Shown: in pieces, positions 40,049 through 51,992 of the stretch
Layout of the letters: every line of letters starts with the position of its first letter
How positions within the stretch are numbered: position 1 is the stretch's first letter
Assembly (NCBI GenBank): GCA_963749495.1
Contig: CAVVMW010000021.1
Span: 672,001-736,000 of the forward strand
DNA length: 64,000 bases
Source of the DNA: an uncultured bacterium
Lineage (GTDB): Bacteria > Verrucomicrobiota > Verrucomicrobiia > Limisphaerales > UBA8199
Direction: 5' to 3'
The notes under the pieces: model-generated
What the model saw: only the letters and a program-made list of their open reading frames with translations
Told to the model about the DNA's origin: nothing
Databases searched by the model: none
Translations under genes and position numbers: made by a program

Positions 40049-42319
40049 TCAATCAAGTCGGATGACAATATTTGTGTCCCCTGCCTTGGCATCAACGCGT
40101 GTCATGAAGCCGTAGCTCCTCTCAGGACTCGTTGCGAAGACATGAACCTGGCCATCGCACACCGCGTTAAAGACAAAGTGTCCTTTGCTGTCTGATTTGG
40201 TGGCGGGCCACTCCAGTGGTCCCTGGCGTTGTCCCAGGCCAGTGAATCTGACCTCGGCCCCGGCGACCGGCTTTCCGTCAGGGCCCAACACTTGACCGGC
40301 GAGTCTGCGATCGGCCCGCTTGAGCACAAAATCGGGGAATTCATAACGCTCGGTTTTCGTATCCTCGGCCTTTATCTCCCCGGAGGCTGTGCCGTGGCCT
40401 CTGGTGGCGAATCCAAAGATGAAGTATCGCCTTCCCTGCGGCAGGGCAGGGAAGGCATACGAACCGTGGGCGTCAACACGGGTCGGTCGCGGGTCCAATT
40501 TGAGGATTGAAAGGCCCGAGAGTATGCTGAGGTCAACTACGGCGCCCCTCACCGGCACCCCCTCGGTGTCCTTCACGCAACCTGAGAGCGTGATTCCTGG
40601 TTGCAGGCCAAGGTCCAGGTTGGTTGGTATCGTGTCGAATTCCTGGGCCGCGGCAAGGTTCCGCTCCAAGCTGCGGGCCATGATGAAATTCGTCCGGTTC
40701 TGGCCCATCCAACTGCCGCCACCCCCCGCCTCTTGTTGTATTGTCAACTCGTATCGCCCGTTGTCATCCGTCCTGCCTTCGGCATAAAGGCTTGCCCCAG
40801 GGTAAAACCCCGGATGGAATGACACTAGCACGCCTGCTGCCGGCGCGCCCCCGGAGTCGCGTATCGTGCCGGTGATCGTGGGGGAGCGGATCAACTCGAA
40901 CCGGACATGATTGGTCCGGCCAGCCTCGGCTTTGGCCGGGCTGTGTTGCGGGGCCCAGTCCTTCTTGCAGACGGAAAACCAGATCTCGCCAGCCGGCACC
41001 CGCAAGAGGGCCACACCGTTAGTGCCGGTGTAAGCAGTCGTTCCACCCGAAAACTGGCCCGACCAAACCGCCACGTTCCCGAGCGGTTCGAGGTCATTCC
41101 CGGCGACCACCGTCATCTCCGCCAAAGCGCCTTTGGACACATGGACCAGCACCTCGCGCGCGGTTTCTCCGGCCACCACGGTCACCAGGCTGTCTTGCGG
41201 CCCTACCCTCCAGTCAGCGGCCGACTGACCGGGAGGGGCGCCCATGGCACGGACACGATACGTGCCAGACGAAACCTCCTGAACGCGAAATGCCCCGTCG
41301 GCACTGCTCTCCACAGACTCCCGGGAATCGTAGCTGTGGAGTTCTCCTCCGGTCGCCTGAAATTTTAGTCTGACGCCTCCGAGCGGTTGGCCAGTCTCGG
41401 CGACCACGACCTTTCCTTCAATGGCTCCGGCTGGGCCAACCACGAGCTCGATGTTCTCTTCGCCGGATTGGTAATCCCACCCTCCTGCATCGGCGTTGCC
41501 AATTTGGCGCTGGGCTTTGCCGGTCTTCCTGACGTCCAGAGCTGCGCGGCCATAGGCTGGAAAGTTCTCGATGCGGAAGTGGCCATCCGCCGCGGTCCGG
41601 GCGGAGAAGCACTCGCGCGCGGGCTTGCCGAACAGATCGTTCAGATGCGCCGTCCTCGCATACTCGTCCCCAAAGCAGGCTCCCGAAGCCCACACCTCCG
41701 CGCCGGCCACAGGCTGGTGATTCTCATCCACCACCACACCCGCCAGGGCGGTTGGCGCCGTGAGGACCAGCGGCTCGGGCGAAACGCCAAGGAGTGAATT
41801 CCAGGTTTTCCAGGCCGTAGCCAAACCCGCCTTCTTCACCACCACGAGAGTTGTGCCCCGTGAAGAGGGAACAGCGAATGCGCCTTTGCCGTCCGTAACC
41901 GTGCGCTCCTTGAGTTCCGGTTCCCCTTCCACGTAGCCAGGCCGGGCTTGATAATGATAGCAATCCACCGTCGCACCCGCCACCGCCCGGCCCTGTTCAT
42001 CCACCACGGTGCCGCAGACCTGCGGGGACGGGCTGGCATCCGCAGCCACCGTTTTGTTCCGGGCGCCGATGAGCGTGGTCAGTCCCAACACCAGCGCCAA
42101 ACAGGCAGGCGGCAGGGAGCGGTGCGGATGCTGCCTAAACGTTGGTCTGGAAGCACCCGAACACCCAGGAGACGAGTGCCGAGTGCCGAGTGGAGAGGGA
42201 ACGCAGGGCGGACGCCCTTCGACACTCGACACTCGACACTCGACACTCCCCATGGGCGTGTGGAAACCGTTGAACCGAGGTCCAATTCCCGCAATCATCG
42301 TTTCGTTCATCGTTCTCAT
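40049..42319 (-). CDS. Secreted protein with repeated carboxypeptidase-regulatory-like beta-sandwich domains
   Basis: Repeated G.VVDE.G..VAGA.V...TD..G.F motifs; GGAGG upstream. Confidence 0.8.
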   Translation of the reverse strand: MRTMNETMIAGIGPRFNGFHTPMGSVECRVSSVEGRPPCVPSPLGTRHSSPGCSGASRPTFRQHPHRSLPPACLALVLGLTTLIGARNKTVAADASPSPQVCGTVVDEQGRAVAGATVDCYHYQARPGYVEGEPELKERTVTDGKGAFAVPSSRGTTLVVVKKAGLATAWKTWNSLLGVSPEPLVLTAPTALAGVVVDENHQPVAGAEVWASGACFGDEYARTAHLNDLFGKPARECFSARTAADGHFRIENFPAYGRAALDVRKTGKAQRQIGNADAGGWDYQSGEENIELVVGPAGAIEGKVVVAETGQPLGGVRLKFQATGGELHSYDSRESVESSADGAFRVQEVSSGTYRVRAMGAPPGQSAADWRVGPQDSLVTVVAGETAREVLVHVSKGALAEMTVVAGNDLEPLGNVAVWSGQFSGGTTAYTGTNGVALLRVPAGEIWFSVCKKDWAPQHSPAKAEAGRTNHVRFELIRSPTITGTIRDSGGAPAAGVLVSFHPGFYPGASLYAEGRTDDNGRYELTIQQEAGGGGSWMGQNRTNFIMARSLERNLAAAQEFDTIPTNLDLGLQPGITLSGCVKDTEGVPVRGAVVDLSILSGLSILKLDPRPTRVDAHGSYAFPALPQGRRYFIFGFATRGHGTASGEIKAEDTKTERYEFPDFVLKRADRRLAGQVLGPDGKPVAGAEVRFTGLGQRQGPLEWPATKSDSKGHFVFNAVCDGQVHVFATSPERSYGFMTRVDAKAGDTNIVIRLD

Positions 42320-42554
42320 TCCTCCTTCCCTGACAGCATCTTCTTGAGTTTTCCGATTTCAAATTGAACTTCGAGGCCTTTTTCTTCACCAACCCTGTCC
42401 AGCATATCCGGGTGGTGCGCGAATGCCAAGCGACTTGCGCTCGCAACGCTTTGACGCCTTAGAGACGGACGAGGTTGGCGGGAAACGCCGAACTGGCGCC
42501 GCCCAGGCTATTGGCGGCTCGACGAAAGCCTGGCAACCAGATCCCCACGCTCTG

Positions 42555-42790
42555 ATCAGGATTCCGCCAAAGGCGCCGTGCAGGAGATAATGGTGGTAAT
42601 GCTCGTAGAAGAGTGTCCTTGGGCCGCCGAAAGCCCGGTTGGCGGCGTCCACGAGCAGGCCCAGGCCATCGGCATCGGGCAAGATGCCCGCCAGCGCGAC
42701 CAAGCGGCAGTCGCGCGCGTTGTCGGTGGCCTTCGCCCCGATGACCCAACTGGCCAGCAGATGCGTCTCCGGATTGATGCCGTATGCCAC
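42555..42790 (-). pseudogene. 5' fragment of a membrane metal-dependent hydrolase (YdjM-like)
   Basis: PETHLLASW, LPDADG, YHHYLLH. Confidence 0.6.
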
Positions 42791-43024
42791 ACGTTGTTAA
42801 TGACACCGCACGTTGACTTTCGTTCTACTGGTGTGCCGCTCTTTCAGTCCCTTTTGGGGCGTTTTGACCCCCAGCCTCGCAGGTTTGGGCGTTTCCTTAA
42901 ACCAGGCGCCTGGCTGCCCGGCGGGAGAACCCAGCCAATCAAGAAAGCGGCGGCGGCCAAGTGCCCAGGCAAAGACCGACGGACCGAACATGTTGCCGCG
43001 ACGGATAGTGAACGAGGCTGAGAA

Positions 43025-43414
43025 ATGAAAAAAAGCGCAGGAGTTATAGTCATCGCCCATGTGGTGTCTGCCCACGAGGATTTCGATCATAGTGCCCAAG
43101 CTCTCCTCCGGCTGGTGCGGGGTGCAGAGCGCAGGCACCCCGGATGCCCGCGGGCGCTTTGCCTCGAAATTGATGGTCATCGAAATGCCGCAGGAACCTT
43201 CGACCGCGACATGTTTGAGCTCCAATCCGCCTTCATGAGGCAGTTCCTGCTCCAGTTCCTGATCTGCGCCGAGACGCCCCTCGGCAGTTTCGAAAACGAA
43301 AAGCCGCAAAACAACACCATTCCGGAAGGGCTGAATATCCTCACACTCGATCCGCCTCATCGTAATAGCCCGAGGAAAAGCGTGAGTTCTCATATTCTCT
43401 TTGTCGGATTTTGA
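43025..43414 (+). CDS. Hypothetical protein
   Basis: ATG ORF with LEIDGHRN..G.FD.DMFELQ; C-terminus may be foreign. Confidence 0.4.
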   Translation: MKKSAGVIVIAHVVSAHEDFDHSAQALLRLVRGAERRHPGCPRALCLEIDGHRNAAGTFDRDMFELQSAFMRQFLLQFLICAETPLGSFENEKPQNNTIPEGLNILTLDPPHRNSPRKSVSSHILFVGF

Positions 43415-43444
43415 TTTTGCCGGGTTTTAATATGTAGATAGACG

Positions 43445-44848
43445 ATGCGAGACGACCGACAACTGCTGGAGCAATACGCCCAGGACGGGGCAGAAACGGC
43501 CTTCAGCGAACTCGTGGCCCGGCATATTGATCTGGTCTATTCGACCGCCTTGCGGGTCGTAGCAGGCAACTCCGCTCTGGCGGAGGACGTGGCCCAGACG
43601 GTGTTCATTGACCTGGCTCGCAAGGCGCGGCGGCTTCCGAGCGCGATCGTCCTGGCAGGCTGGCTTTATCGGCACGCGAGCTACACAGCCGCCAAGGCGG
43701 TGCGAGCGGAGCAGCGTCGGATGCGTCGCGAACGAACGGCGATGGAAATCAGAGCCCTCGACAACTCGGCGGAACCCGTGTGGGAACGAATTGCCCCCTA
43801 CCTGGACGAGGGCTTGAACCAACTGAAGGCCTCGGATCGGGATGCGCTGGTCCTTCGCTTTCTCAAGCGCCAGGATTTGCGCGAGGTGGGAACCGCGCTC
43901 GGTATCAGCGAAGACGCGGCGCAAAAGCGCGTGAGCCGTGCGCTGGAGAGGCTGCGGAGCGCCTTGGGCGGGCGCGGCGTCGCCCTCACTGCAACCGCCC
44001 TCGCCTCGGCACTCACAGCGGCGGCGGCAAAGGCAGCCCCGGCGGGGCTTGCCGCCGGTTTGTCAATCACGGCCCTGGCGGAGGCCTCGGGAACTGGTAC
44101 CGCCGTATCTCTTTTGAGATTTATGACAATCACAAAGTCGAGGACAGCGGTAATCAGCGCCATTCTGCTCGCCAGCTTTGTGACAACCTTGGTGATTCAG
44201 CACCAGGCTCGGGCCAGGTTTACCCAGCAGGAAGCGTCGCTGCGGCAGCAGGCGGATCGATTGGAGCGACTCGCGGAGGAGAACGAGCGTCTTTCAAACT
44301 TGGCCGCCCAAGCGAACGGCTCGGCTGCCAATAACCAGTTGAATGAATTGCTCAAACTCCGCAGCGAAGCGGAATCCCTTCGCCCCCAAACCAAGGAACT
44401 GGCCCTGCTCCGTGAGGAAAACCACCGACGGCAAACACCGTCGCCCTCGCTTCAAGAGGCCAAAGGGATCTTGCAGTGGAAAGAGGCACTCGCTCGCAGG
44501 GAGGAGTCTTTAGGGGCTTGGGCGGGCGCGTTTAGCAGGTATGCCGATGAAAACCAGGGGCAGTTTCCTGGCAGTTTCGAGCAAGCCGAACACTTCTTGC
44601 CGGAAGTGTTCAAAGGGAACACCAGCGTGACGCCCGACCAGTTGGAAATCCTCTACAAGGGGTCGCGTGATTCGCTCACCAACCTGGACGTCATCCTGTT
44701 CCGGGAAAACGAACTCTTTCGAAATATAGACGGAAGATGGGCCAGGCATTACGGTCTTGCCAACGGTCAACTCGCATTTTGCGGGAGTAAAGACGGCAAC
44801 TACGATGAGTGGGAGAGCCAGAACACTGCCCCGCCATCCGCTCGATGA
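43445..44848 (+). CDS. ECF sigma factor with TM helix, coiled coil and C-terminal extracytoplasmic domain
   Basis: DDRQLLEQY, LVYSTALR, VFIDLARKA, AAQKRVSRALE. Confidence 0.9.
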   Translation: MRDDRQLLEQYAQDGAETAFSELVARHIDLVYSTALRVVAGNSALAEDVAQTVFIDLARKARRLPSAIVLAGWLYRHASYTAAKAVRAEQRRMRRERTAMEIRALDNSAEPVWERIAPYLDEGLNQLKASDRDALVLRFLKRQDLREVGTALGISEDAAQKRVSRALERLRSALGGRGVALTATALASALTAAAAKAAPAGLAAGLSITALAEASGTGTAVSLLRFMTITKSRTAVISAILLASFVTTLVIQHQARARFTQQEASLRQQADRLERLAEENERLSNLAAQANGSAANNQLNELLKLRSEAESLRPQTKELALLREENHRRQTPSPSLQEAKGILQWKEALARREESLGAWAGAFSRYADENQGQFPGSFEQAEHFLPEVFKGNTSVTPDQLEILYKGSRDSLTNLDVILFRENELFRNIDGRWARHYGLANGQLAFCGSKDGNYDEWESQNTAPPSAR

Positions 44849-45693
44849 CCAGGAATAGTCTCACATCCATGTTCTGCAACGCACTCGTGGCCTGCTGCGT
44901 GGCATTGCCGTTGTTTGTTCAGCATCACACTTGGGTCCGATGGCGCGAGCGGGAAGTCTTGCAGCGGCGGCAGGCCGAGCGACTGGCGGAGCTTTCGGCG
45001 GAGAATGAACGACTGTCGAACCTTGTGACTCACACCAGGAACTCAAGTCCTTCCAGCGATCAATTCAGGGAACTGCTGAAGCTGCGCGGAGAGATAGGGC
45101 AGTTGCGAGCAAGCGCCAGCGAACTGAGGCGACTTCGGGCGGCGCGGCAGCAGCTTCTTGTGGCCGGCTCAACGAACGAAACGCAGTCTGGTCCCCTCTT
45201 GCCGAACCCCCAGACCGTCCTGGCTCATTGGCAGAAGGAGCAACTGACGTCTGTGGGATATGACGGGCCGGCACGGGCGCTCCAAACGGCGCTTTGGGCC
45301 ATGAGCCGGGCTGATCCCAAGGCCCTGGCGGCGAGTGTGGCCCCTTCGACAAGCAACGTGTTGGCCGGCAAGTTTTGGATCGCGGCCGATTCCAGGTTCG
45401 CGGCCGATTCTAATGAGGCAATGGCGGCCAAGTGCAGATTGGCGGCGGAGTTCTTAAGCCCCTCAAGCGGCTTTTATGTGACTCCCTCAAGCGATTCCTA
45501 TGCTCTAGAGCAGGAACTCAGCCACCCAGACGAAGCATTTTTGGATGTCTATTTCGAGGGCGAAGGCACCACCCGCCAGGTTGAGCTGCGAAAAATCGGC
45601 GAGGAGTGGAAAGTCGCCGCCATTTATGCCTCCCGCATACTCCGAACGACTGATGGCAACCCGCAGCGCTCACCGCTCCTGGTGTGGCCATGA
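44845..45693 (+). CDS. Membrane-anchored coiled-coil protein resembling the sigma C-terminal extension
   Basis: AENERLSNL..ELLKLRGE shared with the neighbour; ATGA coupling. Confidence 0.7.
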   Translation: MTRNSLTSMFCNALVACCVALPLFVQHHTWVRWREREVLQRRQAERLAELSAENERLSNLVTHTRNSSPSSDQFRELLKLRGEIGQLRASASELRRLRAARQQLLVAGSTNETQSGPLLPNPQTVLAHWQKEQLTSVGYDGPARALQTALWAMSRADPKALAASVAPSTSNVLAGKFWIAADSRFAADSNEAMAAKCRLAAEFLSPSSGFYVTPSSDSYALEQELSHPDEAFLDVYFEGEGTTRQVELRKIGEEWKVAAIYASRILRTTDGNPQRSPLLVWP

Positions 45694-46934
45694 CAAGGCG
45701 GTCCACAACTACTGGGACGGCCAGACCCCAAGGTGCTGGCAACACTGACGTCGAGAATGCGCCAAAAGGGCACGCGAAATGAAGCCGGAGCTACAGCCAC
45801 CTACCAGCTAAGAAAGAGGAATCCAGCGCAACGCCAAATTCCCCTTTTCCAGGACCCCAGTCCTGCCTTAAACCTCCATTCTCCTCCCCCTCTTCTCGGC
45901 AACCATTCATCTTCGCCTATAGAGTTGCCGAAGCGGGCAAAAGGTAACAGCGAGTCTTTTCCCTCAAACACCCATCGGTGTGGGGGCGTGGGTTGCCCAC
46001 TTCCGCCTGCCGTTGGGCTGCCGTCAGGGCCCAGATGGCGCGCCCAAGTCACCATCCTCGGCTCCAGCGGCGCCCATGGCCCTGAACTTCCCCTCAGCTC
46101 CGATCTTCTCGCGTTATGGCCGGTGGATATGTGCGAATTGTCGAATCCGACGACGGTTTTCAGTCCTGGGAAGCGCAACACATCGTTCCGCCATTGGCAA
46201 CTGGCCGACAGTAGATCCCAGACCCTCGGGAGAGCCGCAACCTGGCTACTTGGCGGGAGAGCCGCCATTCTGAATCGGCCTTCTCAATCTGGACGCAATG
46301 GCGGCAACGGCGAAACCGCAGATCAGAATCCCTGCGACGGTCGTCGAAGCGAGGGCCAGCCAGTAGTCCAGGCTGATCGATCCTTCCCCACAGCGACTCC
46401 CACAACCCGCTGTGACTGCGCGTTGCCAGATGGCATCCCCGGCGCAGAATTGGTAGTATTGCGGCCGTGAGCTTTGTTGTCCTCGATGTCGAGGCGGATG
46501 GTCCGATTCCGGCGGAGTTGGGACTTCATTTGTGAGCGCTTTCCTAATCCCCAAGCTCCCGCTGAGCCAGATGCCAGCGATGCTGGGGTGTGCAGCGCTG
46601 GGCGCCTTGGTCGCCGGGCTCTATGGCGTCGTCCATGATGAGATTACACACTCCATTTCCCCCGAGTATTTCACCCGGCTGAATTCCTGCAGTTTCATTA
46701 CGCCGATTTCGGGTTCCCTCCGCGAGTGTTCGTCGCCGAAATCGGTTTCCTCGCGACCTGGTTGGTGGGGTCCGATTCTCCCGCTGCTTTCGTCCGATGC
46801 CGTTTACTGAAACGGAGGGATCCGGAGCGGGGGCTGGCACTCTCAGAAGAAGCTGTTGGGAATCCAGCTCCAGCGCTCCTGGCACATACCCTTGGCCTAG
46901 GCGGGGCGGGCACGGGATCCAGCATCGAGTTGGC

Positions 46935-48137
46935 CTAATCTGGCGCTTGAGACCGCTCGAAGAGTGCCGGCGACGAAGTGCAGAGCACGCTGCCGTCCGG
47001 ACCGACTACGATCCTACGGATGGGTAAGTCAACAACTCCATCTGACTCAAACTCCCGCACTTTCTTGACGGTCTTGGCGGAAAAACTCACTCGAAAGAGG
47101 CCCCGGTCCGTGCCCACCAGGGCGACGCCAGGTTTGACCTCGGCAACGCAGTGCGCCTCTGGTTCGAGCGGCAGATTAGTCCATCTCTTGCCGTCAAACC
47201 GGCCTACGTGCGAAGGGCCGTGGCGGAGATTCAGGATTGCCCAGACCGTTTGCGGATCAGCGGAGGGACTCAGATCCGCAACGCTGGTAAAATCGCAGCC
47301 GAGTTCGTTGGTGCCGAACGACCTGAACTCGGTTCCATCACGGGCATTATCCCCTGGAGAACGTGCCGCGTAATCCCTGGCGTGCGCCGTCAGGCACACA
47401 ATGCCGTCGCCATCCGTTCCGACCCAGAGGTCGGCGGCGCCATCCTCGACCATGCAGGTGGGGCGGCGGTGCGGAAGCAGGTCCCGAGTGTCCAGCCAGG
47501 GGGAGTTGGCCCCCCAGTAATGCGCCAGGAAATGATCCCAGACCTCGTAGAAACCGGCCCAACTGAACAAGCCGTGTTCGGTCGAAATGACAAACGGGGC
47601 GTAGGTTTTCTTCTTTGGTGGAATGTAAATGCCATCCACATGGCCCCAGAGCCTCTCCGCGTCGAAGCCCGGAGAGTATCCGCCGCTGACGAGACCCGGC
47701 TGGCCCTGGTAGTAAATCCGGAAGGCGGTCACCCGCCATGAGTTTGTTTTGACCCTGTCCAACCGCCTGATGCCATCACTGGTGCTGAACCAGACCCGGC
47801 TGGGCGTTTCGACGGCGACCGCCGTCACTTGGGCATCCAGCCGCGCTTGAATCTGCCAGACGGTTCCCGAACGGGTCAAGACCCGGCCTCGGCTGGTGCC
47901 CACCCAAAGATTGCCCACCCCGTCGATCGAAAGGCTGGTGATCAGTTCGTCATGGAAGCCCGTGCCACCAGTTATGCCGGTCCATTCTTCCCACCCGCCT
48001 TCGAGGGACTTCACTCCGGCCGGGACCAGTCCGGGCACAGATTCTGGCGATTCGTCGGCGGCGAGGACTGCTGTCCCCGCTAGGTTCGCCGTCAGCCATA
48101 TCAAGGCGAGAAAAGTGATGGTTCTTATTTTGGCCAC
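46935..48137 (-). CDS. Secreted beta-propeller protein (Reg_prop-like repeats)
   Basis: Signal peptide; GNLWVGT, DLWVGTDGDG, LVGTDRGL. Confidence 0.7.
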   Translation of the reverse strand: MAKIRTITFLALIWLTANLAGTAVLAADESPESVPGLVPAGVKSLEGGWEEWTGITGGTGFHDELITSLSIDGVGNLWVGTSRGRVLTRSGTVWQIQARLDAQVTAVAVETPSRVWFSTSDGIRRLDRVKTNSWRVTAFRIYYQGQPGLVSGGYSPGFDAERLWGHVDGIYIPPKKKTYAPFVISTEHGLFSWAGFYEVWDHFLAHYWGANSPWLDTRDLLPHRRPTCMVEDGAADLWVGTDGDGIVCLTAHARDYAARSPGDNARDGTEFRSFGTNELGCDFTSVADLSPSADPQTVWAILNLRHGPSHVGRFDGKRWTNLPLEPEAHCVAEVKPGVALVGTDRGLFRVSFSAKTVKKVREFESDGVVDLPIRRIVVGPDGSVLCTSSPALFERSQAPD

Positions 48138-48371
48138 TGCTTTATTCCTAAGGGCTGAGTAACAAAAAGTCCAGCGCGGGTCAAGCAGCCACCGTGCCAA
48201 AAACGGTTCCACGATAAATGAGGGAGGAAGACACCCGTCCCTCCGTCCCCGCCGAGCTCGACCTTGGACGTTTCTCCCGGGGCGACATGAACGCCCAGGC
48301 GGGTCTCGCCCTAGCCTCTTGGGAAATGACACGCGAGGGCATGCTCCGGCGCCACCTCCATTGCGGCCGAC

Positions 48372-48716
48372 ATGGCCCACGCGCGGATCCCACAGGGGGT
48401 CGTCCCGGACGACTATGTGGTGATGGGAGGTTCGCGGGGAGCTGAATTGGCGCTGCTGTTGGCCAGCGTCTATCCTCAAGTGAAAGCCGTGGTGGCAATC
48501 GCCCCCAGTTCGGTGGTCTTCCCACGACCTCCAACCGGAATTCTCGATCCCCTCCGCGGTCAGCACTCAGCCTGGAGCCTCGGCGGCCAGTCGCCCTGGC
48601 TGCCACTTGCGACGATGCCCGAAAGGCCAGATACATTGGATCCCATTGGTCTAAGCCGGTCGCGCCCTCGCTCTGCTCGACCAGGAACAATGAAGACGGC
48701 ACTGCCCGCCGCCTGA
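48372..48716 (+). pseudogene. Acyl-CoA thioesterase/BAAT-like fragment
   Basis: GGSRGAELALLLAS.YP..AVVA..PS nucleophile motif. Confidence 0.6.
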
Positions 48717-48738
48717 CACTCCCATTACTGGCGAGGCG

Positions 48739-51332
48739 TCACCTCGGGAGCTTCTCGTCACGCTGGGCCGCTTGCCAGGCAAAAGTCGCCAGCACGACGG
48801 TGTTGAACTGCAGGTCCTCCGGCTGAAGACGTTCGTAAACGTCCGCGCTTGAGTGATGTGTGCGCGATTCGTATTCAATCCGGTCCTGAATCAAATTGAA
48901 GCTGGGCAGCCCCGCCTGTTCGAACGAAAGTTGATCGCCTCCGCCGACGCTCCAAGGCGAGACGGTCTTCATCCCCATTTCCCGAAAGGGGCGCATCCAG
49001 GCCTCGAAGATCGGCCAGAACGCCCTGTTTCGCGCGTTGAAAACGCCCCGGATTTTGCCAGTCCCTCCATCGACGTTGAAGTAAACGGAGAACCTGCCGT
49101 GTTCGGGTTTCATAGTGGTCGAGGGCCCCTTGGCCTCCCGATAGTGGCATGCGACATAGGCCTCGGAGCCACTGTGTCCCTGTTCCTCGCCGGTCCAGAG
49201 GGCGAGGCGGACGGTGCGGCGCGGCTGGAGGTTGAGCGCCTTGAGAATGCGCATGGCCTCCATCACCATGGCCGAGCCGGCGGCATCGTCGGTTGCACCG
49301 GTGCCCAAGGTCCAGGAGTCGAAGTGGGCGCCCAGCAGGACGACCTCGTCCTTGAGCTTCGGGTCAGTGCCGGGAATCTCCGCGATGAGGTTGAACACGT
49401 TCGGGTTATCGTAGAAGGTGTTTTCCATCTCCAGTTCAAGGGTCACGGGAAGGTTCTTCTCCAGAATGCGCGCGAGCCGGCCGTAGGACTCGGCGCTGAC
49501 CGTTACGACCGGCAATTGGCCGGGTTCATCCTTGGACTCCCAACCGGAGCGCGTCTTGAACATCGTCCCGCCGTCGCCAGGCGCGCAAAAGAGCAGGGCG
49601 GCGGCTCCTTCGTTCACCAGCCAACGGCGTGCCGCGGGATCCTGCATGACCTCGTCGCTGGTGTAGCGAAACTCGACGACAGCGTTGGACGCTCCGTGCT
49701 GCCCCGGAGGTTCCTCCGCCGCCAAGGCCGCCAGTCGCGCATCGCTCAGGCGCGTGGCCTGCGGCTCGAAGTGCGCTGGGGTTGGCTGTGGGGCGTCCAT
49801 GAGGAGGAAGGCGCCGTTGAGCTTGCCGGCATATCGCTGGAGGTCGGCGAACGAGTGGACCTCGAACTTGATGGCGGGGCCGGTGACGCGTCCCTTGGTG
49901 CTGATCGACCAGACGGCCGGAAGGGCGTTAATGATGAAGGGCTGGGGGGTAATGGCCCGAAAGAAGAATTGCTCGCTCCTCCATCCGCGTTCGTAGGGGC
50001 CCAGGCTCGAGCTGAACGTTGCTGAGCCCCCACGACCGCATCGTCGCCACTGCCCAGTCGGCTGCGGCTTGCGTTTGCGGCGAGCCCGTCAGACGCGGGC
50101 CATAAACGTCCGTCAGCCAACTGGCGATGTCCATGACCTGTGAATGCCGCGGAACCTCGGTCCTGATTCGCTCGACCGTGGCGACATCGACGTTCTCCTG
50201 CGCAGCCGGAAGCGGGGCGGCGGGCAGCGGGGCCTTGGGCGTCGCCACGCCGACAATAGGCTCGCCCGACTTCGCCGGCTCAAAGGTGAAGGGAATGTCC
50301 TTTTCCCCGAATTCGACGTGCTTCAACTCATTGGTGACGAAATGAATCGGCTGCTCCGAGAATTCGCTTACAAACTCCCGCGGACGCGCGTAATAGAACG
50401 CGACACATCGGTTGGGCAGCCAGAGGCCTGCGCCTTCGTAGAATCTCCAGTCTTCGGACTGCAGGCGGGCGATCCGCTGTCCGGCCGGATTCCACTCCTC
50501 GCGCTCGACAATCCCGTAACCGTGCTTTGGCTCCAGGAGAAGTGCCACGGTGCGGCTTGGCTTCAGGGCTCGAAGACGTTTTCACATGCTCCTTCTTGGC
50601 GGCGTCCGCGCCTTGAAGTTCACCCTGCGACTTCTCGAGGAATGCTCTCTGCACGTTGGCCAACTCATCTTCGACTTGAAACGTTACCCGCAGGTTTTCC
50701 CCAACCGCTTCAACTTTGGTCAGGTCGCCATGTTCCAGATAATGCAGTGCCAATGGCTCGAGGGAGGAAAAGGGCGCCACTTCGGAACCGTATTGTGGCA
50801 CGTAAATACCGGCGGCGTCCAGATACGGCCACCGAATGCGCTTGGAGTTGAACACATAAGGCGCCAAAGCAGGCGCGTCCGCCAGTGAGCACTTGCGGAC
50901 CCCGCTTTTGCTGCTTCCCCAGATGGCTTGGCCGTCAAACGCAATTTCATGCTCATACACCTTATTGCCGGCTTCAGGTATGCGCTCGTGCTCATAGAAG
51001 TGGCTGCCGGCGAAATAGGCCGAATAAACGTCCGGCGCCACCCCGTAGTTCCAGTCGGCAAGGGTCCCGTGGTCCCTCTCCGTGAACTCGAAGTAACTGG
51101 CTCGCATGGCGGCCTTTTGCTTCGCCCATTGCTGCCGCGCCTCCGGCGGCAACGCGATGGCCGCGCTGCTCGCCGTGGTCTTCGAGTCGTTCGTGATGAG
51201 TTGTTGGGCAGAGCCGGTTGCAGTAGCGGCGGTCAGCCACACGCAGAGGCCAACGACGGCGGCCATTTTCAGTTTTGTCCACGTCACAAGCTTCAGCACT
51301 CCTTTCGTAATTGTCGGCGTTGCGCATTGCAC
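48739..51332 (-). pseudogene. Multiply frameshifted gene: sigma-type C-terminal extension fused to an M28 peptidase
   Basis: ITKGVLKLVTWTKLK; LTDVYGPRLTGSP; GAHFDSW, DDAAG, GEEQG. Confidence 0.75.
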
Positions 51333-51564
51333 AGGAAACGTATCGTCAAATCATCCGTCATCAGCCTGCGTCTGCATTCAAGGATGCAGGCTGTGTGGCA
51401 AGCGCCTGTTTCGGTGGCTTGTGCATCAGCATGAGCCGCGCAGATTATGCCTGGAGGGCCTGGATCCGGCAACTATTAAACCTGGTTGGGCTCGGCGCCT
51501 CGGCGCCATTTCATTGCCGCGTTCGGTTGGGTTTGAACCGGCCGCTCCGGGTCCAAGGCCGGTC

Positions 51565-51913
51565 CAAGGCTGGGGCTATCGGGTTGACGCACTCGTATGC
51601 GGCCCTCTTGGCCAAGGAGGGCATCACCGCAAACGCGATTGCTCCCGCCTTAATAGAGACGGAAATGGTCACGGCGAATCCGAAAGCACGGCCAGAGCTG
51701 ATCCCTGTGGGCCGGTTTGGCACCGTGGAGGAAGTCGCCGAGGTCGTGGTAATGCTGGCGAACAACGGTTACATCACCGATGAGATTGTCCGCGCATTGC
51801 GCACCGGGACATGGAATTCCAACAAGACAGCGGTTGCCATTTCTGTTGCGAGGCCGAAGGGATCACTCACCGATTCCAGCGGCAACCCCATCCGCTCCCC
51901 GGCGAGCAGATAG
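51565..51913 (+). pseudogene. SDR C-terminal fragment joined to a copy of the secretin gene 3' end
   Basis: SKAG..GLT..GITANAIAP..IET; tail similar to 61412-61465. Confidence 0.55.
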
Positions 51914-51992
51914 CGCCGCCCAGGGCAGGTCAACTTCTTGCGCAAAAAAAGCTGTCCGGTTTAGGTTTCGGCGGCTTTTATTAAGGTAGAGC

